IMG/VR virus record: IMGVR_UViG_3300012210_000006
Location: 5,860 to 69,859 of that record
DNA length: 64,000 bases
Strand: one strand, 5' to 3'
Source: a virus
Positions 45,080 through 54,863 of the stretch are shown here, one piece after another. The translations under genes were made by a program, and so were the position numbers. Position 1 is the stretch's first letter. Each line of letters starts with the position of its first letter. The notes beneath the pieces are model-generated. The model was not told the DNA's origin. It saw only the letters and a list, made by a program, of their open reading frames with translations, and made no database searches.

Positions 45080-47698
45080 TTATCGACCTTTCAAAATTTC
45101 AAATTCTTTAATTTGTAAATTTGATGTTTGAGGATTCGAATCAAAAGAAAGGCGAATTGTCCCCTTGCCTCCTCCGCGATTCTTGCCTAATATTCCAAGC
45201 ATTCCATCTGATCGTTGTGTAAGCAGAAATACTGCATGAGCATCCTGTGCAAATTTAATTGATGAAGCAAGATGTTCTACTGCTGGTAAATCTTCTTTTT
45301 GAGATTCTCGATTTAACTGTGCAAGAATTATGATTGGCACATTCAAGGAGTCAGCGAGATTTTTAATATCTTGAGATGCTTCTGCGTATTCCTCATGTTT
45401 ACCAAATTTTCCTCTATTGTGATATGGAGAAAGGTCAAGTAATTGTATGTAATCAATTAAGATATAGTCAAGATTTCCCTGTGACTGTAAGATGCGCGCT
45501 TGCATCGCAATTTCCTTGACGGTGTTTTGTTCTGACATCCATGTAATCCGTGATTTATTTATTTTTTCTGCCGAATTAATAACAAAATCTATTTGTTCTT
45601 GTGTTTCATAGCGCGAAGCTTTTATAAATGATTCCGGCATTCCAGAATCTATTGCGAGCAAACGGAAATTATTTTCGGTCGGTGTCATTTCCATACTCAC
45701 GAGGAGGCCTCCGGCATGCGCCGCGCCGGGAAAATCGGCGATAGATAGGGCATGTACCCAATTCATGCCTACAACGCTCTTGCCGACTCCCAAAAAGGCT
45801 CCTATAAGGTAGCAGCGCCCGCCTTGCAGGCCTCCTAGCATAGAATTCATCCAGGCCCAAGCAGGCCCCAGGGAAAGCCCTGCAAGACCGTTTTCGGTGC
45901 CTGTCCGGCGCTCCATTTCCTCAATTGTTCTCCGAATCGCAATAGCGGAGGAACAAATACGTTTTTCGTTTTTTACTTCTAGGGTACCTGTAATATCTTG
46001 GACAATTGTTGAAAGTGTTTCTTGTATTGGGGAAAGAGTATCCTTAATTTGTAATTGTGATCGCGATAGAATATCTCTTGCTTGGCGACGAATTCCTTTT
46101 TCATAGATTTCTTGCGTGAATTTCTCAACATTATTTCTTTGTACTCCCTGTAATTTATTGATCGTATTAATAATTTCTTCGCCACATTTTTTATTCGATG
46201 CTTCAGTAATAAGCAATGCGATATTTACTTCAGCATATTCTGTGTATATTTCTTTCATTATTCGATATATTATTTTATATCTATTTAGAGAGAAGTCTCT
46301 TTCAGAAGTTTTTGAAAGGGTAATCCATGCCTTAGAATTTAATGCAAGTTCTGCAAGGATTATCATCTCTGCTTGAATATTAACAAGAGACTGATCTCCT
46401 GTTTCAGTTATGTAATCTTCAATTGATTCTTTCGCTAGTTTTGTTATTCCAGAAAGAGATGCAATTCCTAATTCTCGATTAATAGACTTAATAGGATAAG
46501 CAAGTAGAAAAGGCTTAATATCATCCAAAAGGCGGAGTTTTGCCGAAGGAATTTCCAAATTAATATTAGTGAATCTTGTTTTATACCACAAAATGTAATC
46601 TAACGGGGGAATTGTTGAATCGCGCAAATCATTAATAAAACGTTCGTGACCGTGTTTACGAATTGAATCTTCAGGTTCACTTTCGGTAATTAAGAACGAA
46701 CAGGATATATCTGTGAATTCCGGGCACTTCCTAGCAAATTCAAACATCCCTTCTTGTCCGCCGTTATCATTGTCTAGGCATATAATTACTTTTCTGATCG
46801 AATGTTGTTGTAATACTTCAATTTGTTCCTTGGATATTTTCGTACCACAAAGACCAACAGCGGGGATTCCGTACTGTTGACACATCATTACATCGTGGAA
46901 TCCCTCAACAATAACAAGAGGTAAATCAATATTTCTTAGACGATTCCTTGCTTTAGCGAAAGCAAACAAACGACCAGATGATTCAAAAAGTTTTCCTTGA
47001 CTTGAGGTTCCGATATACTTTGGTACATTCGCTTCTCTCGTATCAGGTTGTCTTGCGAAAAATCCAAAAATTCTATCTGAAATTGTCCGTTGGGGGTAAA
47101 GAAGTCTTCCACCAAAAATTCTGGAATGATTGGATAATGTGGGTTCGATGAAATGTAAGACTTCCCCTGAACAATAATTTTGAGCAAATTGCATGGAAGG
47201 GCAATAACCAATGCAGAAGTCGTTAAGTGTTGTTTCGTTAATTCCACGTTCAAGAAAAAATTTAAGTTCTTGTGGAGTATTGAGAAGCTGTTGGTGAAAC
47301 ATGTCGGACACTTGTCCAAGAATGTTATAGCCATTTTCTTTCTCCTGTTCTTCGCTAGAAAGTTCTCTCTGATATTTTGTAAGATCGAAATTAGTTAGTT
47401 CTGCGATAATTTCAATTGCCTCTATAAAATTGACATTATGAATCTTCTCAATAAAAGCAAATAAATCTCCAGCTACGGAGCATGAAAAACATCCCCAACA
47501 TCCAAGTGTTCCGTCTTTATATTTCTGATAAGGAGAAATCGTAAAAGACGGATTCGTATCGTGATGGAACGGACATAAAGTTAAGAACCGTTGACCTTGT
47601 TTTTTTACCTCTCCTGTATACTTTGATATTAACCCAACAATATCAACATGAGAGCGTAATGCAGTTTTTAATTCAACAAGATCATTGTATTTTTTCAT
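45080..47698 (-). CDS. DnaG-type primase / DnaB-type helicase fusion
   Basis: CPFHHD..PSF...C..C zinc finger; Toprim VEGFHD and DND; helicase GVGKS, DYIQL, LAQLNR. Confidence 0.93.
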   Translation of the reverse strand: MKKYNDLVELKTALRSHVDIVGLISKYTGEVKKQGQRFLTLCPFHHDTNPSFTISPYQKYKDGTLGCWGCFSCSVAGDLFAFIEKIHNVNFIEAIEIIAELTNFDLTKYQRELSSEEQEKENGYNILGQVSDMFHQQLLNTPQELKFFLERGINETTLNDFCIGYCPSMQFAQNYCSGEVLHFIEPTLSNHSRIFGGRLLYPQRTISDRIFGFFARQPDTREANVPKYIGTSSQGKLFESSGRLFAFAKARNRLRNIDLPLVIVEGFHDVMMCQQYGIPAVGLCGTKISKEQIEVLQQHSIRKVIICLDNDNGGQEGMFEFARKCPEFTDISCSFLITESEPEDSIRKHGHERFINDLRDSTIPPLDYILWYKTRFTNINLEIPSAKLRLLDDIKPFLLAYPIKSINRELGIASLSGITKLAKESIEDYITETGDQSLVNIQAEMIILAELALNSKAWITLSKTSERDFSLNRYKIIYRIMKEIYTEYAEVNIALLITEASNKKCGEEIINTINKLQGVQRNNVEKFTQEIYEKGIRRQARDILSRSQLQIKDTLSPIQETLSTIVQDITGTLEVKNEKRICSSAIAIRRTIEEMERRTGTENGLAGLSLGPAWAWMNSMLGGLQGGRCYLIGAFLGVGKSVVGMNWVHALSIADFPGAAHAGGLLVSMEMTPTENNFRLLAIDSGMPESFIKASRYETQEQIDFVINSAEKINKSRITWMSEQNTVKEIAMQARILQSQGNLDYILIDYIQLLDLSPYHNRGKFGKHEEYAEASQDIKNLADSLNVPIIILAQLNRESQKEDLPAVEHLASSIKFAQDAHAVFLLTQRSDGMLGILGKNRGGGKGTIRLSFDSNPQTSNLQIKEFEILKGR

Positions 47699-47880
47699 TT
47701 AATCTTACTTAAAATGTTCAAATTTTGCAGAAGAAACTGTGCATATTTCAAATGCAAATCGGCAGCAATTCTAGCAATGCGGGTAAGATATTCTTCATTA
47801 CTTTCTGAAGAATTTCTAATTACAATTTTCTGAGAAGAAATATTAAGACATTCAACTGCAAGAGGATTATCTTCAATCAT
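47695..47880 (-). CDS. Hypothetical protein
   Basis: Overlap-coupled small ORF; start chosen at the internal ATG. Confidence 0.5.
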   Translation of the reverse strand: MIEDNPLAVECLNISSQKIVIRNSSESNEEYLTRIARIAADLHLKYAQFLLQNLNILSKIK

Positions 47881-47881
47881 G

Positions 47882-48109
47882 TTACCACGGTTTCCCCTCT
47901 TTGTGCCATTTGTAAGCATTACGACCCTGAATAATAAAAAGAACTAAGCCAATAAGGATTAAACTCCATACGCCGTGCATAATTCCTACGGTCGTTGTAA
48001 AAAATTCAGCAATAAATGTCATAACCGGACCACGTAGTCGGTTATTCCCGGTTTGCCATATTCCGTAAAATAGAGGAAATGCAGATAATGACTGAAGAAG
48101 TAAATCCAT
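47882..48109 (-). CDS. Small membrane protein (weak PnuC-like pattern)
   Basis: Two to three hydrophobic segments; RNAYKW tail. Confidence 0.55.
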   Translation of the reverse strand: MDLLLQSLSAFPLFYGIWQTGNNRLRGPVMTFIAEFFTTTVGIMHGVWSLILIGLVLFIIQGRNAYKWHKEGKPW

Positions 48110-48288
48110 TATTCTATTTCTCTCATTTTCATTTCAAGTGAAATTCCAACAGGTTTAATCTGTCCTAATTTTAGAACAGGATTTTCATTTATTTTTTCTT
48201 GAATTCGATCAGTTTGCTTGTTGGTTAAATCTTCAAGAATTTCTTTTTTGTTTTTCAAGTACTGTTGACTTGAACCACGTTTGTTCAT
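48109..48288 (-). CDS. 59-aa hypothetical protein
   Basis: Fills the gap with overlaps at both ends. Confidence 0.55.
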   Translation of the reverse strand: MNKRGSSQQYLKNKKEILEDLTNKQTDRIQEKINENPVLKLGQIKPVGISLEMKMREIE

Positions 48289-49733
48289 TTAAACTCCTTA
48301 AAATTAAAATATTTTTCATTTTTATAAATCGAAATCCGGCGTTTCGCATGATATGCTAATAACTCAACACTTGGCTTATAATCAGCAACCTCCGCATGAT
48401 CCTTGCCAAGAGCAGGACGCAATGCTCTTCCGATGCGCTGATATACCTTCACTGTTGATTTTCCACCACCTGCCAAATTGACACAATTGACCACAGGCAA
48501 ATCTAGACCCTCGTCGGCGATTGTGGTCGCTATGAGATGTCTTAATTTTCCATTTCTTACATCGTTAAAAACTTTTTCACGATATTCAACAGAATCCGAT
48601 CCACTAAGGAAGATAGTCTTAATAGAATTAGCATTATGTAATTTCTCCAATACAACCCCGTGTTTAATCGCTGTTACAAGAGTAAGAATCGTTTTGCCAT
48701 CTAGGAACCATTTCCGATTCACTTCGAGAACCTGTTGATGGAAATTTTCATTCTTAGAATAGTATGTTGAATTCAACGTTTGCCAATTCTCCTTTGGAGA
48801 ACACATTTGCTTTGGTTCTGCTTGAGGATACACTGTCACATGTGCGGGAACTAAATACCCCTGTTCGACAAGATCACTAATTCCGCAATCAAAGATTCGA
48901 GGACCTACTGCCGATTCAATTAATAAATCTGATCCGTCGTCTCTCCAATCTGTTGCAGTAAGTCCTAATCTATATCGTGCATTTTTGCATTTTTTCATAA
49001 CTGCCGCAAATGTCTCTGCAATAATATGATGAAGTTCATCAACAATAACAACATCTGCTGATTCTAATAGTTTAATTACTTCCTCTTTTTTTACATTTAA
49101 TACTTCTTGTTTTTCTTCAGATTTGTTTTCATCTTTAATATCAAGTGCGGCTGTTATTGTTTGCATCGTGCAAACGGTTATAATATTCGGTTCAAATATT
49201 CCTCCGCCACATACACCCACGATGTTATCAAAATGCAATAACCCCTTTAATACTTCAGTAAATTGTTTCAGTAAGTCTATTCTATGGACAAGAATAACCG
49301 TACGTCGTTCCAATTGTGCAACAATGTGAGCAGCACATACCGTTTTGCCACCTCCTGTAGCAAGACGAATAATTCCACACTTATTGTGAATCGCTGATCG
49401 AACAGCCTCTTCTTGATATGGTCGTAATACTGTATTGACTTTCGTAGGCATAAAAAATTCACAAGGCGGGTCAATTCGATTATCTTTTATTGTATATTCT
49501 AATCCAAATTTATCCAGAATTGAGCAAACACGAAACAAAAGCCCTGTTGCAAATATTCTTGTACTTGGCGTAATCAGGTATTTCCTTTCTTGAACATGAG
49601 GATTAAATTTCTTTTTATGAAAAAAATCTGGATCGCGAAACGAAAGTTCCTGATACAAGATTGTAAATATCTTCGTATCAATAACTCCTGTCAGTTTGGA
49701 TTGCGTTGATCCAACGTCTATCGTAAGGCTCAT
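48285..49733 (-). CDS. SF2 helicase (UvsW/XPB-like)
   Basis: LRPYQ, TGGGKT, VDELHH, GLTAT, EGLD, QRIGRALR. Confidence 0.93.
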   Translation of the reverse strand: MSLTIDVGSTQSKLTGVIDTKIFTILYQELSFRDPDFFHKKKFNPHVQERKYLITPSTRIFATGLLFRVCSILDKFGLEYTIKDNRIDPPCEFFMPTKVNTVLRPYQEEAVRSAIHNKCGIIRLATGGGKTVCAAHIVAQLERRTVILVHRIDLLKQFTEVLKGLLHFDNIVGVCGGGIFEPNIITVCTMQTITAALDIKDENKSEEKQEVLNVKKEEVIKLLESADVVIVDELHHIIAETFAAVMKKCKNARYRLGLTATDWRDDGSDLLIESAVGPRIFDCGISDLVEQGYLVPAHVTVYPQAEPKQMCSPKENWQTLNSTYYSKNENFHQQVLEVNRKWFLDGKTILTLVTAIKHGVVLEKLHNANSIKTIFLSGSDSVEYREKVFNDVRNGKLRHLIATTIADEGLDLPVVNCVNLAGGGKSTVKVYQRIGRALRPALGKDHAEVADYKPSVELLAYHAKRRISIYKNEKYFNFKEFK

Positions 49734-50287
49734 TTTGATAACCTAAATTTGGTAATGCGATCAAGCCATTGATTCAACTCCTCTGTCCTATATGCATGTT
49801 TTGATTTATTACACATTTCACAGCAAGCGAAACAATTACCCACAACATAACTGTCTTTATTATTTTCCCTGTCTATTCCGTTGTAAGTATATTCTCCATT
49901 GTATCCCTTACATTTCAGAATCTTCGACGGGATGATACCACAATAATAACAATTCTGTTTGATTAAATCTTGAAAATACTCAATTGTTAAATCAAAATCT
50001 AGTTTCCTGATATTAGCATTATATTTGTAGTGGTAATATAAATTATTTAATGTTGAAACACCGGGAGAAAGACTAACAGTTTCCTTGTGTAGACATCCAC
50101 AACTCTTCGTTGTTCCTTGTCTAATGCTGCCAGAGTGATAGTCTTTAATTGTACCGCAATCACATTCACAGGTAAACCATGTCGTGTTGCATCTCCCTGT
50201 AAATTTATAAAATTGCTCGATAACAATTAGTCTGCCAAATCTTTGTCCAATGCACGAACCCATTAGTTGTCCACCAGATTTAATCAT
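49730..50287 (-). CDS. Putative HNH-type homing endonuclease
   Basis: GQRFGRL, CECDCG, KSCGC, CYYCG, GIDREN..Y..GNC..CC..CN..K. Confidence 0.8.
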   Translation of the reverse strand: MIKSGGQLMGSCIGQRFGRLIVIEQFYKFTGRCNTTWFTCECDCGTIKDYHSGSIRQGTTKSCGCLHKETVSLSPGVSTLNNLYYHYKYNANIRKLDFDLTIEYFQDLIKQNCYYCGIIPSKILKCKGYNGEYTYNGIDRENNKDSYVVGNCFACCEMCNKSKHAYRTEELNQWLDRITKFRLSK

Positions 50288-50645
50288 TTCTAGTTATCTC
50301 TTGGTATGCTGTTAATAGCCTTGAGACACATTCATATCTTTTACCACATGAAGAAACCGCAACCTCAATAAAATCTCTGGCCGCAATTCTGTGGGATTCC
50401 TTTCTGTCGCTTTCTAGGCGTAACCTGCCCCATAAGGTAACTAAGAAAGAATGTTGATTGCTATAATAAGCCAGTAGCTTGATAATCCGATTAATGTTCT
50501 CTTTTGAAGGAACCTCATCTGGAATGTCCATAGATGGATTATCTATGATATCCTGAATCTCGTCTAATAAGGCAATCGAACATGAATCCGCATATTCCAA
50601 CACATTATTCACAGACAATAGTCCCCGTGCTTGTCGTGCGTTCAT
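50280..50645 (-). CDS. Hypothetical protein
   Basis: Helical 121 aa, coupled to neighbours. Confidence 0.65.
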   Translation of the reverse strand: MNARQARGLLSVNNVLEYADSCSIALLDEIQDIIDNPSMDIPDEVPSKENINRIIKLLAYYSNQHSFLVTLWGRLRLESDRKESHRIAARDFIEVAVSSCGKRYECVSRLLTAYQEITRND

Positions 50646-50697
50646 TTTTAATCGTGGTACTCAATTTGTTTAAATGGACGTTGTACAATCTGAAACA

Positions 50698-51216
50698 TTA
50701 TTTCTTTTCCTTCTTAGGTTTTTTAGCAGCTTTTGGTGCCGTAAGTTCAAATGTTTTTTCGATAATAGCCTCGCCGCATTTCGCTATTGCGAAAGCATCT
50801 CTTTCGTCCTGTGACGGTAACTCAACATTAAATTTCTTATATATCGCTAAACTCATAAGGTCTTTAGTTTTTTCACCCTTAGAGATACCTAAAAACCGTC
50901 TTATTGTTGCGTTTGCTAATTTTGTAAATGGAATATCATGATTGAATGATGTGCGTTCGATAATATATTCTACTTTCCCGGATTCTTCAACACCGTTACT
51001 AGCACAATATGCAATTCCCTCGTGAAATATAACATCAGGTTTATATTGTGTAAATACTTTATCTAATTCAATTTCAAGTTGAATTAACTGGTGTATTTTT
51101 TCGTCCTTTTTTGCATTTTTAAAAATCTCAATTTTCCAAGTTTTAAAATCCTTGAGATCATCTATAAAACACAAACCCATATTCGTTTTTCCAGGATCAA
51201 TCCCTAAAATTTTCAT
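50698..51216 (-). CDS. ruvC: RuvC-like Holliday junction resolvase
   Basis: MKILGIDPG, FHEG, DERDAFAIA. Confidence 0.85.
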   Translation of the reverse strand: MKILGIDPGKTNMGLCFIDDLKDFKTWKIEIFKNAKKDEKIHQLIQLEIELDKVFTQYKPDVIFHEGIAYCASNGVEESGKVEYIIERTSFNHDIPFTKLANATIRRFLGISKGEKTKDLMSLAIYKKFNVELPSQDERDAFAIAKCGEAIIEKTFELTAPKAAKKPKKEKK

Positions 51217-51339
51217 AAAAGACTTACCAAATAATCTCCTAAATGAATATTATTTTCATAACACATATCTAGGATAAAATTTAAGGAATTTACATATTGT
51301 AAATCTGGTAAAAATTCTTCAATTTCGAAATCTCCATTA

Positions 51340-52410
51340 TTAAACATTTTTTAATCCATCCGCAAGACGATAAATTTCCTTTACAGCATCATTATTCTTA
51401 CGAATCTCTTCTCGAAACTTATCAAATCCATTTTCACGAATCTCTTCAACGCCGCCTTCACAAACAAACTGAAGAATATAGATATTACCCGTTGGCGTTT
51501 CCTTAAAACTATTTCCCTGTAACGCAAGGAAACTAAGCATATCTGAAACCTTATCAAATCCGGTCTTATAGTCCAGATGTAAATGAATCGGTGCGCTTAC
51601 AGAAATAATCTTTGATCGTTTCGCTTCAACTTTCAAATCATGTGATAAGGGATTTTTGTCATCGTCTTTTTCATAATTCGTTGCTGTTACCCACGTTTTG
51701 GTGGTAGCGGCATACTTGAGAGTTTCGCCACCGCATCCGTAACGAGGATCACCGAAGGACATGCCGGGCTTTAACCGCAATTGATTGATCCAGAATAAAG
51801 TAATTCCTCTACGCCCTGCGCTTGAAACAAGTCGGGGGAGCCACAAGCTCCCAACTCTTGCCAAAGCTGCCATACCCACGGTTTTGGTAGCAGAACCACC
51901 CCAGGAGTCATAGGTAATTGTATCAACCGTTTTGAGTCTAGGATTAAATTCCCATTCATTTTTATTTTCCTCGTACCCCATAAGGTTCATGGCAATAAGA
52001 CAAGCTTCTTCAGCCGTTTCGGGTCGAATGATAATAAGACGATCAGGGTCACAATTTACCCCGAGCATTTCAAAAAATGTAATATTTGCAGTATGTTCGA
52101 GATCAATAAGCGCATGAATAGAATTCGGATGTGCTCGCTGATATGCACCCACGGATGCAAGAGCGATAGAGGTTTTTCCCGAGCCAGGCGCACCTTCAAG
52201 TACATGCAGTCTTCCTTTCGCCCATCCTCCGATTCCCAAGATTTTATCCAATGAATAAAAACCAGAAGAGAATGTTTCGATATGTTTAATTGCTAAGGGA
52301 TCAGGAACAGAAAGAGGAGAGGTTAATTTTGCAATCCTCTCTCTCATATTATCTGCAATATTATCGGAGAGAGCAGGCGCGCTCTCCCCTGTTTTCTTTG
52401 GCCTTGCCAT
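51340..52410 (-). CDS. recA: RecA-like recombinase
   Basis: GFYSLD.ILG.GGW.KGR, GAPGSGKT, IDLEH, NQLR, GG..LKY. Confidence 0.92.
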   Translation of the reverse strand: MARPKKTGESAPALSDNIADNMRERIAKLTSPLSVPDPLAIKHIETFSSGFYSLDKILGIGGWAKGRLHVLEGAPGSGKTSIALASVGAYQRAHPNSIHALIDLEHTANITFFEMLGVNCDPDRLIIIRPETAEEACLIAMNLMGYEENKNEWEFNPRLKTVDTITYDSWGGSATKTVGMAALARVGSLWLPRLVSSAGRRGITLFWINQLRLKPGMSFGDPRYGCGGETLKYAATTKTWVTATNYEKDDDKNPLSHDLKVEAKRSKIISVSAPIHLHLDYKTGFDKVSDMLSFLALQGNSFKETPTGNIYILQFVCEGGVEEIRENGFDKFREEIRKNNDAVKEIYRLADGLKNV

Positions 52411-53889
52411 TTACAAACCAATTGCCTGTGTAACGGCGTCGTTTCCTTGTGAAGCAAATTCAATAATCTGCTTGAGGTGTTCTACATCGTTAATCTGTCG
52501 CACAGTGCGAATCGTCCCATCGGGGAAGAACAGCTTCAAGAATTGCATAATATTTGCAGGACTCTTAAAAACCGGCAACGACATAAGAATCTTCGTAAGT
52601 TCCGCTCGCGAAGCATCTAGATCGCTTACTGCGCTACCCACAGGCACAACAACAGCCGTAGGAGTAGGCATTACCTGACCAGGAAGCTTCGGCAGGCCCG
52701 GCAACACAGGTTTCACAATCGCTTCAACAGGAGGGCCAGCGAGAACAAGTTGTGCTCCGGCTACAAGTTCCGCCGTAAGCGAATATTCTCCTAATTGTTC
52801 CGTCGTTGCCTCCGCAATAAACTGTAAGTATTCCGAATGCAGAAGATCGACTCCCCACGGATCAACAAGGGCGCATGCAGCATCATATGCTACACGAACA
52901 TTTGGTTTTACTACAGGAACAGGCATCTGATTAATTTTCCCAATCGTTGGAGAAACTTTCAATCCTGACATGGGGATAATGACCGGAGCTTGCGTAATCG
53001 TCGAATGCAGTTCTTCAACTGGAATCGCATTCTTTGGGGGCCTACCACGTTTCTTTTCTCCCGATTGCATTGTAATCTGTTGTACGGCAGGAACGGCAAC
53101 CGGAGTAACATTCCGCAAACCAGGAGGAACGCTTGGTAGTCCCGCGCTTGTCGGTAAAGACATTACCTTTGATTGCGGCAATGCAGTGTTGTGCGTTCCA
53201 ACATTTTCACTCGCACTCTTCAAGGCTGCTTTTGTTTGTGCACTATTATACCATTCTTCTTGTTGTTGCGGCGTCGTCAATGGATTAAGATAGAATTTCC
53301 TAAAATCAACAAGCATTGGAAGGTCCGTATCACCATACTCTTCTTGAGCAGGAAATTCCAAAAGATTAATCTCTTGATCCAATGTATCAGAAATTGCCGT
53401 ACAATTGTACTTTGTGTTAAATTGTCCTTCGCCAGTTTTAACAATGATCCAGTCTATTGCCCAAAGTTGGTTTTTCTCAAGTCCAAGCATACTAAGTTGT
53501 TCACCCATGCTTTTCCACAAAGAAAGACGCATATTGAATCCGAGAATAAAACTCTCCGTATATGTCTTTTCTTTCGCATTCACCCCGTCATATACAACGA
53601 CGTTAATAAGATTATCGTACGTCGTATCCCACGAGAGAAGTCCTTCATGAAAAATACATCCATTCCGAATGCCGATGCAATCAACTGGACGCGCACCAAT
53701 AACAGCCTTCACATCGTCTGGCGGGAAATGTTTGGACTTGTCCCAAGTTCCCTTAGCATACAAAGAATCGGCCGGGATTGCCGCAGCGACCTGTGGAGAA
53801 AGAATCCTAATACGAACAGGGTGATCTTTTTCCAGTTTGAGCAGTGGGAGGGGTTTCGATTCCGAAAGTTCTTCGACAGTCCAAGCCAT
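52411..53889 (-). CDS. Putative ssDNA-binding protein with Pro-rich linker and AT-hook-like motif
   Basis: N-terminal phage-SSB-like pattern (VRIRIL...KTGEGQFNTKY); KKRGRPPK. Confidence 0.55.
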   Translation of the reverse strand: MAWTVEELSESKPLPLLKLEKDHPVRIRILSPQVAAAIPADSLYAKGTWDKSKHFPPDDVKAVIGARPVDCIGIRNGCIFHEGLLSWDTTYDNLINVVVYDGVNAKEKTYTESFILGFNMRLSLWKSMGEQLSMLGLEKNQLWAIDWIIVKTGEGQFNTKYNCTAISDTLDQEINLLEFPAQEEYGDTDLPMLVDFRKFYLNPLTTPQQQEEWYNSAQTKAALKSASENVGTHNTALPQSKVMSLPTSAGLPSVPPGLRNVTPVAVPAVQQITMQSGEKKRGRPPKNAIPVEELHSTITQAPVIIPMSGLKVSPTIGKINQMPVPVVKPNVRVAYDAACALVDPWGVDLLHSEYLQFIAEATTEQLGEYSLTAELVAGAQLVLAGPPVEAIVKPVLPGLPKLPGQVMPTPTAVVVPVGSAVSDLDASRAELTKILMSLPVFKSPANIMQFLKLFFPDGTIRTVRQINDVEHLKQIIEFASQGNDAVTQAIGL

Positions 53890-53928
53890 GAGATTTCTCC
53901 TGTTCGAGATTAGTGAGGGATTATATAT

Positions 53929-53957
53929 TATATAGGGAAAATGCTAGGAATTTTCTA
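53929..53957 (-). promoter_or_regulatory. Putative promoter TAGAAA-N17-TATATA
   Basis: Same architecture at 58299-58327. Confidence 0.5.
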
Positions 53958-54462
53958 CTTTGGCGGGTTCCTTAACCCGAATTTTAGGAATTTCAATCCA
54001 CTTATAAAAATCAGCAATGTCAGAATAAATTACCTCTTGTCCAATTGCAACTACTCTTCGCAGAAGAGTTTGTTCAATTCCCATTATGAAGAGTTGAATC
54101 ATTTGAGGTAGTTCAAAATAATCCTTTATATGTGGATAAGTTGTAGCAAAATTATTCTTATCTCCGCTTTGATAATTATCTTTCGGATATGATAAATCAC
54201 GGTCGAACCAAATCGCAAGAGCATCACATTTATTTGCACGAATATCAACATTTGTATTATGAAATCCAATTTCTCTAATATCTCCTCCAATTTTCAAAAC
54301 ACCAATTTTTCGATTTTGAAAATGAAGAGTTTTAAGGCGGGGAATATTTTCATTTTTATCCAATACACATTGAAGAGTCTCTCCACATATTCCCAACGTA
54401 GGATTAAAATGATTATAATTAATTTCAGAAGGAAAAATTGTTTTCAAATCAACTTTTGACAT
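53944..54462 (-). CDS. Hypothetical protein
   Basis: 172-aa ORF in the operon. Confidence 0.7.
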   Translation of the reverse strand: MSKVDLKTIFPSEINYNHFNPTLGICGETLQCVLDKNENIPRLKTLHFQNRKIGVLKIGGDIREIGFHNTNVDIRANKCDALAIWFDRDLSYPKDNYQSGDKNNFATTYPHIKDYFELPQMIQLFIMGIEQTLLRRVVAIGQEVIYSDIADFYKWIEIPKIRVKEPAKVENS

Positions 54463-54863
54463 TCTTATCTCTTTCTTCGAGAAATTTTAAAACTAACTGT
54501 TCACGAACATATTTAGATGACACATCAATTTCTTGGTCCGGTTGTTGAAAAGCATTATTTAATTTTATCATTTTTTGCTGTTGTTTATTCTTTTTGGACA
54601 TTATTTCTCCATAAAAGATTTAATAACTTGTTTTTCTAAATCTTCAAGTTCTTTTTTATACCAATTTGCTGTATTTTCATTTTCAGAATGGATAATTAGA
54701 GATTTTGTTTCCTTAATTCTTGTGTACAATTCTCTTCGTTATGTTTCCTGTAAGGTTAAAGCAGGTGATCCAACGAATTTTTCAATTTTAATTCCTTCTG
54801 TTTCTTTATTATCGCCATAGCCACCATGCCAACTAGTATTATTTCCATCATATTCAGCAGGCA

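Noticed and set aside
7274-51241. Recurrent AGGAGATTAT(T) 10-12-mer
   Set aside because: Mostly explained as the phage's preferred Shine-Dalgarno plus spacer; the few copies without a start codon are not enough to claim another function
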